NCBI GenBank assembly: GCA_965645245.1
Contig: OZ287078.1
Coordinates: 496,001 to 560,000 of the forward strand
Reading direction: 5' to 3'
DNA from: Massalongia carnosa
Lineage: Eukaryota
DNA length: 64,000 nucleotides
The translations under genes were made by a program, and so were the position numbers. Positions 62,114 through 64,000 of this stretch are shown here, in pieces. Under the pieces are notes generated by a model. It ran no database searches. It was not told the DNA's origin and saw nothing but the letters and a program-made list of their open reading frames with translations. Position 1 is the first letter of the stretch, and every line of letters starts with the position of its first letter.

Positions 62114-62884
62114 GAACAGACAAATAAAACAAAATGAACGAAACAAAGATCCTTGAGCGATTATAATAATGAAGATGATGACGATGAAGAGAAAAGGATA
62201 AACTCCAAAATCATCTGATCTCCATCTCTCTCTCTCATTTCACCCCCCCCCAAGAGTCACCGGTCGCCGGTCACCGAACGTCGCATTTTACATTTTCCAA
62301 TTAACCACTCCTCTTCCTGTCATGCTGTAGGGTAAGTGAGCGTCTGTCTGTCTATTCTAAAACCAGAAGAAAGGGGAAAAAAAACCAAAACCAAAAACAA
62401 AACCAAAACCAAAACCCCGTGATGGATGTGTATGGAATTTGTATTGATTGATTCTGCCTGTATTGTAGTGTTCGCAAGCGACAAATGGAACCGAGCGCTA
62501 AAGTGTACATACAAAAAGGGCAAGTACCTAGGTGGTAAAAAAGGGAGAGGGAAAAAAAAAACGCCAAGGGATTCAATCCCCCCCCCCCTTTTCCCCCCTG
62601 AAGGAGGCAGGAAATAGAACAGGAAGCCGCCACATGGAAAACAAAACTTATGCTTTCGTTGGCTGTCTGTAGATACCTAGGTGGATGATGCAACAGGTCG
62701 GAAAGCAAACAGGAAGAGCGCCGTATGATGCTGCGGGTCATGAAGAAATGTCAAAGGGTGGTCGGGAAATAGGCTGCATGGTGCAACCGAGGAGGCGGTG
62801 CGTGTGCGCGGGGGAAAAGCATCAAAAGGGAAGGTGAGGTTGGTGGATGACAACAAACATGAACCCCCCCCCCCCTTCGCCCAT

Positions 62885-64000
62885 TCAGATCTCCACGCTC
62901 TTCATCCCATCCGCCCCGGCCACGCCTAGGCCCGAAACCACGCGCTTCCCGCCGTTCTCCTTGTTTCGCTCCCCATCGTCCGGCATGGACGGCGGCGGCG
63001 GCGGCGACGACTGTTGCTCCAACGCTTGGCTCAAACTCTCCTGCATGCCCCCGGTCCCGTTGGCCAGGATCGGCGTCTCCACTTCGACCAGTTTCCCGTT
63101 CGGGAGGTCATTCATGACACGCGTCTCTATGGCCAGCATGCTCTTGGCCATGCCGCTCGCCGGACGCACCGGCCGGGGCGCCACGCTGGTCTCCTCCGAG
63201 ACTTGCGCCAACGGGCTCGGCTTCCCCATCATGGTCCCGCGCGGACTCGACGGCCCCTGTCCTCGGGTGGAGAACCGCATGGGCGAGCGGCCGCGCTCTT
63301 CGGTGGGACTGCCGTACGGAGAGGAACCGTTGGATCCGGGATGACCGTGCGTGTTGACGTGAAGACCGCTGGCCGGCCTTCTCCGCGGTCTCTTGCGCCC
63401 GTATTTCTGATCGGCTCTCCAGCGCAGAATGTCCAGATAGCCCGGCTCGACCGACGTGGCTTTAAACTCCCGCAGCTTCAACTCCTGGCTTTCTTCGTCC
63501 ACAAAAACCTTTTCGCTGCCGATGTCGTCCGCGACCGTGGCGAGGAAGGCGGCCCACGAGCGCGCGATGACGTATTTGCAGTCGTAATCGCGCCCGAAGA
63601 TGATGATCTGCCCCCATTTCCCCATGGGCCCGGGCGCCAGATCCACCGCGATGTTGTTCCCGCCCCAATCCCGCGCGAGCGGGATCCACCCGGGATGCGC
63701 GTATGCCTTTTGGATCGCTCTCGACGGCTGCGAGTCCTGCTTGTCGAGGAGTTCCTGACGCCAGAGCGGATTGGCCAACGGTTGCGACGCCGAGGCCGTC
63801 AACGGCCTGAGCGACGACCGACGTTGCGCGGGGGCGGTCAGGTATTCCTCATTCACCACGCGCCAGTTCTTCCATTCCTGCACGATTTCCTCGCAATCCA
63901 ACAGCATGCATCCAAAAATGATCCCCGTGGGCCTCCCGCCCCGTTCCTGTCCGTCGTGATACTGCAGCGACTCGCGGACCTCCAAGGGCAACGAACAATC
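62885..64000 (-). CDS. SMI1: Cell-wall assembly regulator Smi1/Knr4; 5' part runs off the window
   Basis: VRESLQYHDGQE, GIIFGCMLLDCEEIV, YAHPGWIPLARDWGGNNIAVDLAPGPMGKWGQIIIFGRDYD. Confidence 0.93.
   Translation of the reverse strand, partial: DCSLPLEVRESLQYHDGQERGGRPTGIIFGCMLLDCEEIVQEWKNWRVVNEEYLTAPAQRRSSLRPLTASASQPLANPLWRQELLDKQDSQPSRAIQKAYAHPGWIPLARDWGGNNIAVDLAPGPMGKWGQIIIFGRDYDCKYVIARSWAAFLATVADDIGSEKVFVDEESQELKLREFKATSVEPGYLDILRWRADQKYGRKRPRRRPASGLHVNTHGHPGSNGSSPYGSPTEERGRSPMRFSTRGQGPSSPRGTMMGKPSPLAQVSEETSVAPRPVRPASGMAKSMLAIETRVMNDLPNGKLVEVETPILANGTGGMQESLSQALEQQSSPPPPPSMPDDGERNKENGGKRVVSGLGVAGADGMKSVEI

Noticed and set aside
1..64000. tRNA genes, rRNA genes, CRISPR arrays, LTR retrotransposons or a Starship captain
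   Set aside because: No cloverleaf with A/B boxes, rRNA motifs, repeat-spacer arrays, paired LTRs or tyrosine-recombinase ORF were recognised by eye; very degraded copies cannot be excluded.

Overview
Eukaryotic DNA from a filamentous ascomycete (short GT-AG introns with CTRAY branch sites, fungal gene families). The window holds core genes (HIS3, ADE5,7, BMT2, RPL25, TIM8, eRF1/SUP45, an AVT1-like transporter, an ALR1-like CorA, PHA2, RBX1, SPC1, HTD2, KNR4/SMI1). Between them are accessory or decayed genes (PD-(D/E)XK-like nuclease next to an APH-kinase relic, a frameshifted dynamin, a GPI-type wall protein, a methyltransferase, an orphan M3 peptidase fragment) and at least seven transposable elements whose ends I could read. 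The most notable signals are four. (1) A 1.28-kb non-coding retroelement with a 14-15 bp TSD, an HDV-like self-cleaving ribozyme fold exactly at its 5' end, and a 3' tail shared with a Tad1-type LINE relic in the same window. (2) Two piggyBac-family elements flanked by YTAT|CCC...GGG|ATAA rather than a TTAA duplication. (3) An intact Tc1/IS630-type DD37E transposon with CAC...GTG ends, ~103-bp TIRs and a 5-bp TSD instead of TA. (4) An eRF1 stop codon in a readthrough-type context with a downstream hairpin. All calls come from manual reading; no database search or folding program was run, and exon boundaries are hand-derived.
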